Below are positions 33,571 to 51,529 of a DNA stretch of 64,000 nt, piece after piece; the stretch's first letter is position 1; each line of letters begins with the position of its first letter. The notes below the pieces were generated by a model. The model worked only from the letters and a program-made list of their open reading frames with translations, was not told the DNA's origin and made no database searches. The translations under genes and the position numbers were made by a program. Source of the DNA: Macrostomum lignano (taxonomy: Eukaryota); assembly GCA_002269645.1 (NCBI GenBank), contig NIVC01001693.1, forward strand, positions 1 to 64,000, written 5' to 3'.

Positions 33571-34229
33571 GAAATCTCCTTGAGACTTCTAAGCAAAGTC
33601 ACCCATATATTCAATAAATATTCTCCATAATAGAAAATCACTCAGAGTAAAACTTCCGGACACTTAAAACCATAACGAACTCGACTTACACTGCGCCTAG
33701 CAACTATTTGATGTCGCTGCTTGACTTCCTGCATCGAATCTGGTGGCCCCCTTAATGACGCAATCCGCTCTTATGATCACTTTGACTCTGACTTCTTCAC
33801 TTTAACTGTTAACCTCCCCCCAATACACTTCTCTAAGTTGACAGTAGGGCCTAATTACACCCCTATCTACACACCTTGACAACACCAGTTTCACACTGCT
33901 TGGTTTCTGTTCTGAGTATACAGAGGCAAAGCCGTGTAAGTGAGAACATGTGTGCGTGTTCTTCGCACCTGAATGGGGGAGCATGACTACCACCATGGCA
34001 ACTGCACCACTATCGCAGAAGATTATAATTCTCATCTTGCAGTTGGGATTGTTTATTTATTAGCCATCTTGAAGGTGACGGTCCATCGGTTGGGTGTTAG
34101 ATTTATTCACTGTGTGTTGCGCAACTTCTTAAACCCGATAAATTCTATTGGGGAATTTCGAAATACAACTTGCACAGTTTTATATGGTTTCATTCAGGCT
34201 CAAAATTCAATTCAATTGATTCACTCACT

Positions 34230-34860
34230 CTCACATCTCTCTACCTCTCTTTCACATCTCTCTCTCTCTCACATCTCTCTCCCTCTCTTTCACATCTCTC
34301 TCCCTCTCTTTCACATCTCTCTCCCTCTCTTTCACAGCTCTCTACCTCTCTTTCACATCTCTCTACCTCTCTTTCACATCTCTCTACCTCTCTTTCACAT
34401 CTCTCTACCTCTCTTTCACATCTCTCTCACTCTCTTTCACATCTCTCTATCTCTCTTTCACATCTCTCTACCTCTCTTTCACATCTCTCTCTCACATCTC
34501 CCTCCCTCTCTTTCACATCTCTCTTCCTCTCTTTCACATCTCTCTACCCCTCTCTTTCACATCTCTCTACCTCTCTTTCACATCTCTCTCACTCTCTTTC
34601 ACATCTCTCTATCTCTCTTTCACATCTCTCTACCTCTCTTTCACATCTCTCTCTCACATCTCCCTCCCTCTCTTTCACATCTCTCTTCCTCTCTTTCACA
34701 CGTCTCTACCCCTCTTTCACATGTCACTCAATCTCTATTTCACATCTTTCTCACTCTCGTCTCTCTTACTCTTTCACGTCTCTCTACCTCTCTTTCACAT
34801 CTCTTACTCTCTTTCGCATTTCTAGCTCTCTTTCTCATCTCTCTTTCTCTATCTTTCACA
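34230..34860. repeat. CT-rich 21-bp minisatellite ctctctttcacatctctctac
   Basis: Tandem copies; explains (LPLFHIS)n and (SLSHLST)n ORFs. Confidence 0.95.
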
Positions 34861-35599
34861 GCTCATTATAGAAAATTCAGTACGACTAATTTAAAGGCAT
34901 TGCCAACCTGCTCCTCAAACTGATGAAGTCAAAGTCAGACTCAAAGCTTCATAATAGTAGGTTAAAAGCAATAGTCACAGCTGCAACTGACAGGCAGTGC
35001 TGTGGTGGATGAAGAGCCCTCATTGGGAGAAATACAATGACATTTCTGATGAGGCATTGCATAAATAGATGATGCCGTCTTGATAAGGCGGACAATTTTG
35101 AGCACAGTCAGAGCCCGTGTGACAGACAGGAGGTCCCTCCTCCGCAGGCTCGTGGCATTTTTCGTCTCGCTTCCCCCATTTATAATAATAATAATAACTA
35201 TATCTGTAACCCCTGCCCCACCAACCCATCCCACCGAATTCCGATAGTCGAAATTCCCTCTCACAGAGAGGCTGACCACTTCAACTGTTCATTCCGACGC
35301 CGCGGCGGGGCTGCTCAATGGCGCCTCAGGGGGTTGGGGTCCCAACTGAGCACTGCTGGATGAGGCAGATGGCTTCAAAATCGTTTCAATCCTCATTTTT
35401 CAAGAGGGTAGGTGTCCCCCCTCGCGTCTGTCTATCTAAAATCTATTCCCAATGGCCCAATTTTCCACGAAATGAGCCCTCAATGAGGGAATTCTTTCTG
35501 GGCCACGCGCTTGTCTATATTAGAAGATATTGATTGCGTCACAGTCTGCGAATTTTAGCAGAGCGCGGGCAGGCTAGGGGCTTAGGCTTCTAAATTTCC

Positions 35600-35965
35600 A
35601 TGGTCAGGTCTTCAGCATACATTAGGCAGTTGCCCTTTCCAGACACTTCTAGCACTAGCAGAGCTCCATGGTCAGGTCTTCAGCATAGACAGTTTCCTGT
35701 CCAGACACTTCTAGCACAGAACTCCATGGTCAGGTCTTCAGCATAGACAGTTTCCTTTCCAGACACTTCTAGCACTAGCAGAGCTCCATGGTCAGGTCTT
35801 CAGCATAGGCAGTTTCCTGTCCAGACACTTCTAGCACAGAACTCCATGGTCAGGTCTTCAGCACAGGCAGTTTCCTGTCCAGACAGTTCTAACACAGAAC
35901 TCCATGGTCAGGTCTTCAGCACAGGCAGTTTCCTGTCCAGACAGTTCTAACACAGAACTCCATGA
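35600..35965. repeat. ~58-62-bp tandem repeat x6
   Basis: ctccatggtcaggtcttcagca..agtttcctgtccagaca recurs. Confidence 0.93.
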
Positions 35966-36614
35966 TCGAACTCAAGCAGATTTAGGAGGATATCAATTTT
36001 CAAAGAAATCCCCTATTATGGGGGCACTGGGATTCATCCCAACAACAATAGGTATCGGGTATGCATGAGAACTAAACCTTTGGTCACGTGTCTGTGAACC
36101 GGCTCAATTATTTTTGCTTGACTAAGCCAAACTAAACTGACTCTGAAAAAGGGGGAAATTCGTGACTAAAAAGATTTTTCCCATCGCAAAGAGAAGCTTC
36201 CTCTCTGCCTTTGGTTTCGTGCGCGAGCTTGAATGGAGTGGCTCGATTTTATCAATGTGGGGGATTTATCGTAATTATACCAGGTGGGATCGCCTGGTTG
36301 CATTTCTAGGAATTAATTACACGTAGGTGCAGCCTTGCGTGGGGGTTAAACAGCTGAATGCCCTGCCTTTGACTGGGATTTAGTCAGTCAGTACTCTATA
36401 TAAACAGATATACCAGACTGCGTATTGATAATTAATATGCAGAGGAGAACGGCAGGTGACCTCTGCCATTCTGCCCTAGGCAGGCAGTAATAAAATAAAT
36501 AATTCTGTAGTGCAATGACAGCTCGAAAAATTTTATCAACAAATTTGGTAGCATAAACAATTTTTAGCTATTTTGGAAGCTATAACTATTTTTGTACTTT
36601 GGATAGAGCAGGCT

Positions 36615-37040
36615 ACTTGGAAGCTATACTTGGAAGCTATACTTGGAAGCTATACTTGGAAGCTATACTTGGAAGCTATACTTGGAAGCTATGCTTGGAA
36701 GCTATGCTTGGAAGCTATACTTGGAAGCTATACTTGGAAGCTATGCTTGGAAGCTATGCTTGGAAGCTATACTTGGAAGCTATACTTGGAAGCTATGCTT
36801 GGAAGCTATACTTGGAAGCTATACTTGGAAGCTATACTTGGAAGCTATACTTGGAAGCTATGCTTGGAAGCTATACTTGGAAGCTATACTTGGAAGCTAT
36901 ACTTGGAAGCTATGCTTGGAAGCTATACTTGGAAGCTATACTTGGAAGCTATACTTGGAAGCTATACTTGGAAGCTAATTGGAAGCTATACTTGGAAGCT
37001 ATGCTTGGAAGCTATACTTGGAAGCTATACTTGGAAGCTC
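36615..37040. repeat. 13-bp minisatellite ggaagctat(a/g)ctt x~32
   Basis: Tandem copies. Confidence 0.97.
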
Positions 37041-37979
37041 ATCTTTTCTCATCTCTCCCCTCTCGAGAGGAGAGGGCTTCTTTCCTTCCACATTCCTTTT
37101 TGGGCTTTAGGAAAGCAACTTGCGAGTGTACTATAGAAAGGGTAAAAAATCTATCATACTCGTAAACCCCATTGTTCATCTGGAACAACAATCATGAACT
37201 ACAAAAGCAACAACAACAACAACATCCAGATATCAAAATTAAGCGCCTTATTCAAATCAAATTTCAAAGAAACTGCATGCAGACTCCTTCCTCCCCTACT
37301 CCAGACACTTCCTCTATAGAGCTTCGCCCACAAACCGAACGCATGCGGGCGGCAAAGGCGTATAATAAGGAAGTATTATAACAGGGGATTCTTCCCACAC
37401 TCTTCGCCCCCAAAGACCAGTTATTGTAGGTCTCATTGGCACACGTGACCACCTCTTTTGTTCCATTATTATTGCAATGACGAGGCAGAGTGCCACGGGT
37501 CAGAGGGCCTGCGTGCTCCCCAGCCTGGGGGCAGCAGATCCTGGAATTGCAACAGTGATGACGAAACGAAATGAGTCTGAGGTCTGAGGGTCCAACGGTC
37601 CATCATTACTGAGCTTCCTTGTTCCGTCTGAAGAAGCTTCTACCGGTGTTGGAAGATGTGGAGCATGGAACGGCGATGGAGACTCTTGTCCCTTTGTTGT
37701 TAAACGAGTGGTCTTAATGTATTAGATTCCAATCATCCTTATGATTATCAAAAGGAAAATAAACAGTCATAAAATTGCATTTTGAATGTTAAAAATTAAT
37801 CTAATTTTATGCATCATTGATTTGCTACTACTAGTAGTAGCAGAAAAAGCATTGTAAGTGAAATTTTAGAAAATCAAGCAGCAGAAAAATGTGTTTGAAG
37901 TCTACAAAAATCTCCTTGACGACTCTATTGAGTCTCATCTGAGCTGAATATATCGAAACTTCCAACCTCAGTCTACCAC

Positions 37980-38940
37980 AATCTCCTCACTAAAACTACC
38001 CCAATCTCCCCACTGAATCTACCCCAATCACCCCACTGAATCTACCCCAATCTGTAACTACTGAATCTACCCCAATCTGTAACCACTGAATCTACCCCAA
38101 TCACCCCACTGAATCTACCCCAATCTGTAACCACTGAATCTACCCCAATCACCCCACTGAATCTACCCCAATCTGTAACCACTGAATCTACCCCAATCTC
38201 CCCACTGAATCTACCCCAATCACCCCACTGAATCTACCCCAATCTGTAACCACTGAATCTACCCCAATCACCCCACTGAATCTACCCCAATCTGTAACCA
38301 CTGAATCTACCCCAATCTCCCCACTTAATCTACCCCAATCACCCCAATGAATCTACCCCAATCTGTAACCACTGAATCTACCCCAATCATACCACTGAAT
38401 CTACCCCAATCACCCCACTGAATCTACCCCAATCTGTAACTACTGAATCTACCCCAATCACCCCACTGAATCTACCCCAATCTGTAACCACTGAATCTAT
38501 CCCAATCTGTAACCGCTGAATCTACCCCAATCACGCCACTAAATCTACCCCAATCATACCACTGAATCTACCCCAATCTGTAACCACTGAATCTATCCCA
38601 ATCTGTAACCACTGAATCTACCCTAATCACCCCACTGAATCTATCCCAATCTGTAACCACTGAATCTACCCTAATCACCCCACTGAATCTACCCCAATCT
38701 GTAACTACTGAATCTACTCCAATCACGCCACTAAATCTACCCCAATCATACCACTGAATCTACCCCAATCATACCACTGAATCTACCCCAATCATACCAC
38801 TGAATCTACCCCAATCATACCACTAAATCTACCCCAATCATACCACTAAATCTACACCAATCACGCCACTAAATCTACCCTAATCATACCACTGAATCTA
38901 CCCCAATCAACCCACTGAATCTACCCAAATCGCCCCACCT
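37980..38940. repeat. 22-24-bp minisatellite ccactgaatctaccccaatc(acc/tgtaa)
   Basis: Alternating variant units. Confidence 0.96.
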
Positions 38941-41084
38941 AATCTAAATCTAAGTCAGCTTTTGTAATTCAACTCGGATGACATTCAGTAAAACAAAGCA
39001 GTAAAAAAACCATTTTCAGGCAGTTTAAAAGTACAAGCAGATCGCACATCAGCTGATTGCTCTCAGCTGTTACCCGATGGCAATAATTTGAGTGCAGCCA
39101 ATTCGGCCCCTAAAAACTGGAAGGTCAGTGCCGAGTGGACCCTGACACCGGACCCTTTTACCTGCCTTTGAAGCCGGTGCAGCCTGTTGGCTTCTTGATT
39201 GCCAAGCAAAACTTCACTCGCCTCTCTCAGCTGATAAGCCAGCCTATTGGAAAGGCTGGTGCAGAAGCAGAAGACTCTCCTATGGAAACCGGTTCGAACT
39301 TGGAGCTGGCCCCGATTGCACCTGATAATCACCCCCCCCGCCCACCGCTTGTGTCACCCCTCTGCGGGGGTTTGAAGGCAACTCAGGCTGCCACTGCAGG
39401 GCCTGACAGTGCCTGACACATGAGAGGCAGGCGAGTTATCGCTGGCGGGTCGCCCCCTGCCTTATCGGCAACCCGCTGCGGCGCTGTGCCCCCCCGCCTC
39501 ACCCTACCCAGCTGATAGCGCCGACAGCATTTAAACAGCCGCCGTTGGGAGCCCCCCGACAGCCGCTGCACTCTCCGTTTGTAATCTGCTGAAATTGAAT
39601 TCTGAATCTGAATCGGCTGTCGAGTTCGCGGACTGCAGAGAGGTCGGCCAAATCTGCAGCGTGTCGAATACCGAACCCTCTAGCTCCCAGCTGGTGTACT
39701 CTTGGCGGTTCGGCATCAGCTGTACAGGATGCGTTTTCTCTCGCCAAATATGAGGCTGAAATATTCTGTCTCAGAGGCCATTTCGGAGCTGTCATAGAGA
39801 GAGAAAGCCATTCTGGCAGCTGGTGTTGAGTCGCTTTGTTCGGCAAGAAGGTTTCAAATCCAAGTTTAACACAATCTTAAGCTTCTGTTTGTCAGCTGTG
39901 TACATTTCTTCCATCGCTATTAAGACACTGAGAGAATGGCTTTATTAAATGATTTGGTCATTAACTCAGCAATGTGATTGGAAGCAGTCTGCGCAGCTGT
40001 CACTCGCTGAGCTTTAAGCATCGTTGCCCATTTTTTTACATTTTTGATATTTTCTCATCTCATTTATTGATTGTATTTTCTTTTAAATTCAAATTCGCGC
40101 CAACAAAGACGCAAGTTTTAAATAAAATTATTTAAATTTTATTTGCTTGTATTGAATTTTTTTAAACAATAAAATAAACGACAGAATGATCGCTATTTTT
40201 TCTAAGAAAGCATTTCAATTTTTTAAACTTATTTTTCTCGCACTGTCTTTCAATTAAAGTTGAAGTCGATAATGAAGAATTCGGCCTTAGAGAACCCACA
40301 CTCTGGCCATAGACTGCAGAAAGCACAAGGATACGAAAGTACTCTAAAGAGTTGGCTGTGTTGAACGTCTGAGACTAATAAATTTATTTACTAGTGAGCT
40401 ACATGTACATTGAAACGAGGACTTAACGAATTCCAGTGCAATTAGCGTTCAAAGATTAAAAGTTCGGAAGCTTCGAGCCATCAAATTAATCCTTGAGGCT
40501 AAACTCCAGAAATGGCTAAAACGAGGTGATTTTTTGTTTATTAACTTTTTACATTTTCCCTTCCAACTTCAGACTTGCGATTGAATTGCATAGCTCAGTT
40601 ACTGCGAGTCTGTCGGTGGAGTTGAGATAAGAAAAAATTAGTTTAGAACAGAGCAAGTCCCCTACTTACTTGATCTCCACCTGCTGAGCGCCAATTATGA
40701 AAGCAACTTGCAAATTTTAGTTGGACCTGAGCGCCACTGATAGCGGGCAGCTCAAGCATTTGGAGTTCGAGCGAGCGAATGCCAACCTTCTTGCTACTTT
40801 TCGCGTCCAGATTAGGGGAAAAATTTTCCAACAAACGAATTGCTTGTTCTGCCGCTGCGTTTGCAAATTGTTTTGATAAGAAATTCCACTCAACTTATAC
40901 TAGTTGAAATAATGCAAAGCTTTCAAAATTTCCTGAACTGCTGCCTCGGCTACGGGTGAAGGTGAATGCGTTGCACAGATAGAAGTCATGCAGTCACGTG
41001 ACATTACAGTGTATATGCATTAACCGTTACTAATCCTTAATTAATCAATTCTAGTGGCACTCCCGGCATCATATCTGATCCTTC

Positions 41085-41880
41085 ATAGATTCTGCTGACG
41101 CTTTCTCGCTCCGTCACCAATCCTTCATAGATTCTACTGACGCTTTCTCGCTCCGTCACCGATCCTTCATAGATTCTACTGACGCTTTCTCGCTCCGTCA
41201 CCGATCCTTCATAGATTCTACTGACGCTTTCTCGCTCCGTCACCAATCCTTCATAGATTCTAGTGACGCTTTCTCGCTCCGTCACCAATCCTTCATAGAT
41301 TCTAGTGACGCTTTCTCGCTCCGTCACCAATCCTTCATAGATTCTGCTGACGCTTTCTCGCTCCGTCACCAATCCTTCATAGATTCTAGTGACGCTTTCT
41401 CGCTCCGTCACCAACCCTTCATAGATTCTACTGACGCTTTCTCGCTCCGTCACCAACCCTTCATAGATTCTACTGACGCTTTCTCGCTCCGTCACCAATC
41501 CTTCATAGATTCTAGTGACGCTTTCTCGCTCCGTCACCAACCCTTCATAGATTCTACTGACGCTTTCTCGCTCCGTCACCAATCCTTCATAGATTCTACT
41601 GACGCTTTCTCGCTCCGTCACCAATCCTTCATAGATTCTACTGACGCTTTCTCGCTCCGTCACCAACCCTTCATAGATTCTACTGACGCTTTCTCGCTCC
41701 GTCACCAACCCTTCATAGATTCTAGTGACGCTTTCTCACTCCGTCACCAATCCTTCATAGATTCTAGTGACGCTTTCTGGCTCCGTCACCAATCCTTCAT
41801 AGATTCTACTGACGCTTTTTCGCTCCTTCACCAATCCTTCATAGATTCTACTGACGCTTTCTCGCTCTGTCACCAATCCT
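41085..41880. repeat. 42-bp minisatellite x~19
   Basis: ctgacgctttctcgctccgtcaccaatccttcatagattcta; explains the (VTERESVSRIYEGL)n ORF. Confidence 0.97.
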
Positions 41881-42130
41881 CTGTCAGTCAGTTCTGTGAC
41901 ACTGTAGCTCCGTCATCAATCACCTGTCAGTCAGTTCTGTGACACTGTGTAGCTCCGTCATCAATCACCTGTCAGTCAGTTCTGTGACACTGTGTAGCTC
42001 CGTCAGCAATACCTGTCAGTCAGTTCTGTGACACTGTGTAGCTCCGTAATCAATCACCTGTCAGTCAGTTCTGTGACACTGTGTAGCTCCGTCATCAATC
42101 ACCTGTCAGTCAGTTCTGTGACACTGTGTA
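41880..42130. repeat. 45-bp minisatellite x~5
   Basis: ctgtcagtcagttctgtgacactgtgtagctccgtcatcaatcac. Confidence 0.95.
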
Positions 42131-42179
42131 GCGGAGTGTCGGCAACCAGTCTGCACCCAAATCGACGCTGTAATTTCAG

Positions 42180-42447
42180 CTCCAACCAGCCAACCCAGCT
42201 GCCAGTCGCCCTGGTCTCCCTGACTATGTTGCTGTTCATCATCAACGCCGGCGCAGCAGACGCCGCCGTTAACGAGTCGTCCCAGCAGCTGAAAACATCG
42301 TGGCCATTCTGCGAAGACCAATGCACCGAGGCCAGGCAGCCCTGCGGCATGTTCCGCTGCGCCTGCTGCCCGGGCACCGAGTGCCGCTACGCCGGCAACC
42401 GGCCAGTCTGCCGGCTACCGGTTCGGCCGAATCCGATTCGCTGGTGA
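42180..42447 (+). CDS. Secreted cystine-knot (ICK/knottin-like) peptide precursor, main exon; first exon not identified
   Basis: Acceptor taatttcag at 42171-42179; GC-rich exon encoding hydrophobic LPVALVSLTMLLFIINAGAADA, then FCEDQCTEARQPCGMFRCACCPGTECRYAGNRPVCRLPVRPNPIRW*. Core C-X6-C-X6-CC-X4-C-X8-C plus two extra Cys. Confidence 0.8.
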
Positions 42448-42699
42448 CCTGGCTGGGTTGGACCGAGTTTTGGAATCTGTATGAATATGAGTAGTCACGG
42501 ATGTATCCCCAATATACAGAAGAAATATATGACCGCGGATAACTTCAATATCCAACTAATGATGTTTCATTCGGGCCATCTTGGCGAGGCTTGGGGATGA
42601 GAAATGAAAATAGGGGGAAGATGCAGATGGGAGATGGAAGAGGTAGAGGATAGATACGAAGGATATAGGGGACGGATAAAGACGGGCGATTGATTGAAG

Positions 42700-42970
42700 A
42701 AAAGAGGCTATAGGGAGATAAAAGAGGAGAGAGGAGCGGAAGAAGAGAGGAGAGGGAGAGGAGAGAGGGAGAAGGAGAGAGGGAGAGGGAGAGGAAGAAG
42801 AGAGGAGAGAGAGAGGAGAGGGAGAGTGGGAGAGGAGGGAGGGAAAGGAGAGTCAGAGGAGAGAGGGAGAGGGAAAGGGAGAGGAGAAGCAGAGGAGAGA
42901 GGGAGAGGGAGAGGAGAAGCAGAGGAGAGAGGCAGAGGAGAGAGGGAGAGGGAGAGGAGAGGGAGAGGAG
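42700..42970. repeat. GA-rich purine tract
   Basis: gagagg/gggaga low complexity. Confidence 0.9.
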
Positions 42971-43384
42971 ACGATCTGGGAGGCAGTGCCCAGACCTCCA
43001 GCCCATACATGCACCTGAGTACAAGACAGAAAGAGGCACTGCAGTAAGTCAGTCAGGAAAGTTTTAGTTGAGAATTTGGCAATCGTCCATAACTAAAGCG
43101 GATGAGATTAGTAACAACAATACATTTTATTGATCAATGGAAAATGATAACTAGAATAGCGTTGTGCATGATAGACATAAAACAAAAACACAAGGTAACA
43201 CGAGTTGTCAAGTGGCTGCTTTGGTGTCGCTACAGATTATGAAATTTAAAATTCCCGCCCAAATAAACTTGATTTGGCCAGCAAAAGCTGGGTGCGGACT
43301 ACTTATAGTAATTAGATGACAATTTTGAACTGACACTGACTGACTACCCTGACACTTGACCTACTCCCCTGCCGCCTCACTTGT

Positions 43385-43640
43385 ACCTATGACACCCCAC
43401 CTGCCCCATCTGATACCCCAACTGCCTCATCTGACACCCCACCTGCCCCATCTGATACCCCACCTGCCCCATCTGACACCCCACCTGCCCCATCTGACAC
43501 CCCACCTGCCCCATCTGATACCCCACCTGTCCCATCTGATACCCCACCTGCCCCATCTGATACCCCACCTGCCCTCATCTGACACTCGCCATCTGACACT
43601 TCACCAGTTCCCCCGGACACCTCACCTGTCCCTGACATCA
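43385..43640. repeat. 21-bp minisatellite ccccacctgccccatctga(t/c)a
   Basis: Tandem copies just 3' of the STAT stop codon. Confidence 0.93.
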
Positions 43641-43776
43641 TATCTTATTCTTTTGCCCATCCGACAAGCCCTGTACTTCTGGCACTCCTGACACCCAATG
43701 GTTTCACCTGACATCAAATTGGTTCTTAATTTCCCACAGCCCGTCAATTCCACCCGACACCCAGCCAACCCCGCTG

Positions 43777-48770
<4,994 letters not shown>

Positions 48771-49149
48771 TTGGACGCTTTCACTAAGCAGAGTTAGGAA
48801 ATTAAGGCTTATCCTGAACCATTTTACTTATAGGAGCTACTATGTAAATAGAAATTACAGGTTATATTAGAAATAAAAGTTGAAAAACCGGAAGTAGAAC
48901 TGCATCTACATGGCGCAATATAGACACAACCGGAAGTGGAACTGAACCTACATAACGCAATATAGACACAACCGGAAGTAGAACGGAACCTACATAACGA
49001 AATATACTCGTAGACACATGACTCTTGGCAATTGCGATGACTTCCACCATGGAATGCCCATCCTTTATGAATCGTCACTTTATGAATTAGAATCGCATTT
49101 CTCATTTTTAACAACTCTATTTAGACTACTTGAATCAGTAGAAAGTTAG

Positions 49150-49270
49150 GCGCAAACCCAACGACTCTTGGATAACTCTTTTACGACTCTTAGTCACAAG
49201 ATTCACACCAGAGTCACTAGTAAGCTGTTTGCAATGACTCTTTAGCGATTCTTGTCACGGTAACGTCTAT
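49150..49270 (+). repeat. Dispersed repeat, second copy at ~62680-62880
   Basis: Shared gactct...gcgattcttgtcacggtaacgt. Confidence 0.65.
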
Positions 49271-50269
49271 AAAATGTCTATAATAGTAGTAGATTCATCT
49301 GGATCCTCACTTCTAGAATATTGCGGTCATGCTCGCACAGCTGCAGCACTTGACTCAATCGATTCTCCGCAGACATTGCGCATTGCCGCGACACCGCTCC
49401 CAATGTCTAGCGATGCCGGATACGCTGAAATTGCAACGGATATAGGCTGCATAGTCTTTAAAGACCTGGCTCGTTTCTAAAACTAGCATCATACTACTTA
49501 TACACATAACAAATAAGTAGTGCCTTTTCTTTAAAAATAAAAAATGCAGGAAAAATTTTCGTTTTCAACTTAAAAGTACATTGGATGGATGGCAATTGAA
49601 GTTGCGGTATCGGAGTAGCCAACCAATTGTGTATTTATGCAAACAGATCAGATGGTTTTATTGGATCAGAACAACACAGGCTGGACACAGTTGTGCAGCA
49701 GATATTTAATATTATAGTAGTTAACAATAGTAATAGTAAGAAAAAGGAAAGTAAGATATAATTGCACATGGACACACAAGCTTAATATAATTATACAGAT
49801 AATTATCAATATTAATATTAATAAGCATTATAACAGTGAACGCAGCTGACAAAAAAGATGAATAGCAAGCAAATATATAAATATGATAGATGCACACAGG
49901 CTGTACAACGTCCAGACGGGATTAAAAATATGAACGGGAATTAGTAGCTGCTACTAGTAAGTGTCTGTATTGAGTAGTATATGTAGAGCGTGTGCGCGCG
50001 ATGTTTGGCACCGGATCGCACATGCATGAATTAAAACATATCGACTCAACCTAAACAGTAGTTAATAATGAACATGAAATTTTTACTAAAGCATAGCGAA
50101 AAATTATAAAAAGAAAAAAAAGAACAATGAACTGCAGAAACACCTGCCGGACTGAATTTAAAAAAGCTAACTGATGATGACATGAAATTTGATGCAGAAT
50201 AAGAAAAATACAAAGAGAATATTGGTTTCAAATAGATGACTTTTACTTACTTTTTAATACTTACTTAAT

Positions 50270-50430
50270 ACCTGTGTGTTATTATGATGGCTGGGGGACA
50301 CCTGTGTGTTTATTATGATGGCTGGGGGACACCTGTGTGTTTATTATGATGGCTGGGGGACACCTGTGTGTTTATTATGATGGCTGGGGGACACCTGTGT
50401 GTTTATTATGATGGCTGGGGGACACATGTG
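50270..50430. repeat. 31-bp minisatellite x5
   Basis: cacctgtgtgtttattatgatggctggggga. Confidence 0.93.
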
Positions 50431-50456
50431 ACATGACACCAGAGTTTATTTTTGCT

Positions 50457-51278
50457 TTAACGACGCGCTCCCGATGCCGAGGCGCCAGTTGGCGAGGACG
50501 GCGCGGGTTTCAACGCCCAGTCTGGCGCGCCCTCAGGCGGCGGGCGCTGCGACCTGGCCCGCATCGGGTCTCTGATACTCTTGGCCAGCTGCTGGCGCTG
50601 CTTGGTAGTGGCGCAGTTGTCGGCGTACACCTGGTCCAGCTGGCGCTTCAGCCGCTTTACCTGCCGGGATTAGGATGATGATTAGGATGTGGTCAGACAA
50701 AATATGGACATGTAAATATCAATAGAAAAACACTGACTAACATTCAGATACTGACGAGCGGAGGGAAAAGCTAGAGAGTAGACCAACAGACAGGGACCTA
50801 CAGAGCAGACGCACAAAGACCTACAGAGTAGACACAGACAAAGACCTAAAATAGCAGACACAGAGAAGGACCTACATAGCAGACAAAAAGACCTACATAG
50901 CAGACAAAAAGACCTACAGAGCAGGCACAAAGACCTATAGAGCAGGCACAAAGACCCTATAGAGCAGGCACAAAGACCTATAGAGCAGGCACAAAGACCC
51001 TATAGAGCAGGCACAAAGACCTATAGAGCAGGCACAAAGACCCTACAGAGCAGGCACAAAGACCTATAGAGCAGGCACAAAGACCTAAATAGCGCATAGT
51101 TTACCTCGTCAGACTCCCAAGGCAGCTCGCGCACCCGCAGCTGGTCGGAGCCGCCGGAGCCGCACTCCTCATCCGAGCTGGTGTAGTCTCGGGTGAGAAT
51201 AACCCGGAATTTCTCCAATTCGTCAGTGCTGAGGCTAGTGGCAACCAGTTCGAAGCTGCGCTGGCGACGGCTGAGCTT
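50457..51278 (-). CDS. Gene A, last two exons (51278-51105, 50660-50457): C14orf93-like C-terminal module
   Basis: KLSRRQRSFELVATSLSTDELEKFRVILTRDYTSSDEE...LRVRELPWESDE|VKRLKRQLDQVYADNCATTKQ...RPPPEGAPDWAL; strongly similar to the 61142-60747 exon. GT-AG phase-0 intron. Confidence 0.85.
50780..51090. repeat. 21-22-bp intronic minisatellite agacctatagagcaggcacaa
   Basis: Tandem copies inside the last intron of gene A. Confidence 0.92.
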
Positions 51279-51529
51279 CTGTGGCAGTTGTAAGGAAGCG
51301 AATAGCGATTCTTCGGTTAGGTTAGCAATGCGCAGGTTGGGACCACCATCAGCTTGGATAAGACTGTACGGCCGCTTCTGACCGACTCAACGGTTTGTCT
51401 TGTGGGACTCTTTATTAATAAAACCCATTTCACTTACCATCTCTCCTCATTTCTCTGTCTTCCTCTTAACTATTATTATCCTCACCTTTAATATGCATTT
51501 CAATACCCCTCTTCCTTTCGTCCTCAATC

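Noticed and set aside
33973-34923. 316-aa and 233-aa His/Ser/Leu repeat ORFs
   Set aside because: CT-rich 21-bp repeat; AT-rich flanks are unlike real exons here.
36573-37165. (LEAILGSYTWKLY)n ORFs
   Set aside because: 13-bp minisatellite read through three frames.
37264-37602. ~110-codon open stretch on the minus strand
   Set aside because: No recognisable motif, splice support or paralog.
41037-41708. 223-aa (VTERESVSRIYEGL)n ORF resembling a coiled-coil repeat protein
   Set aside because: 42-bp minisatellite; variation is not codon-biased by eye and there are no flanking coding exons.
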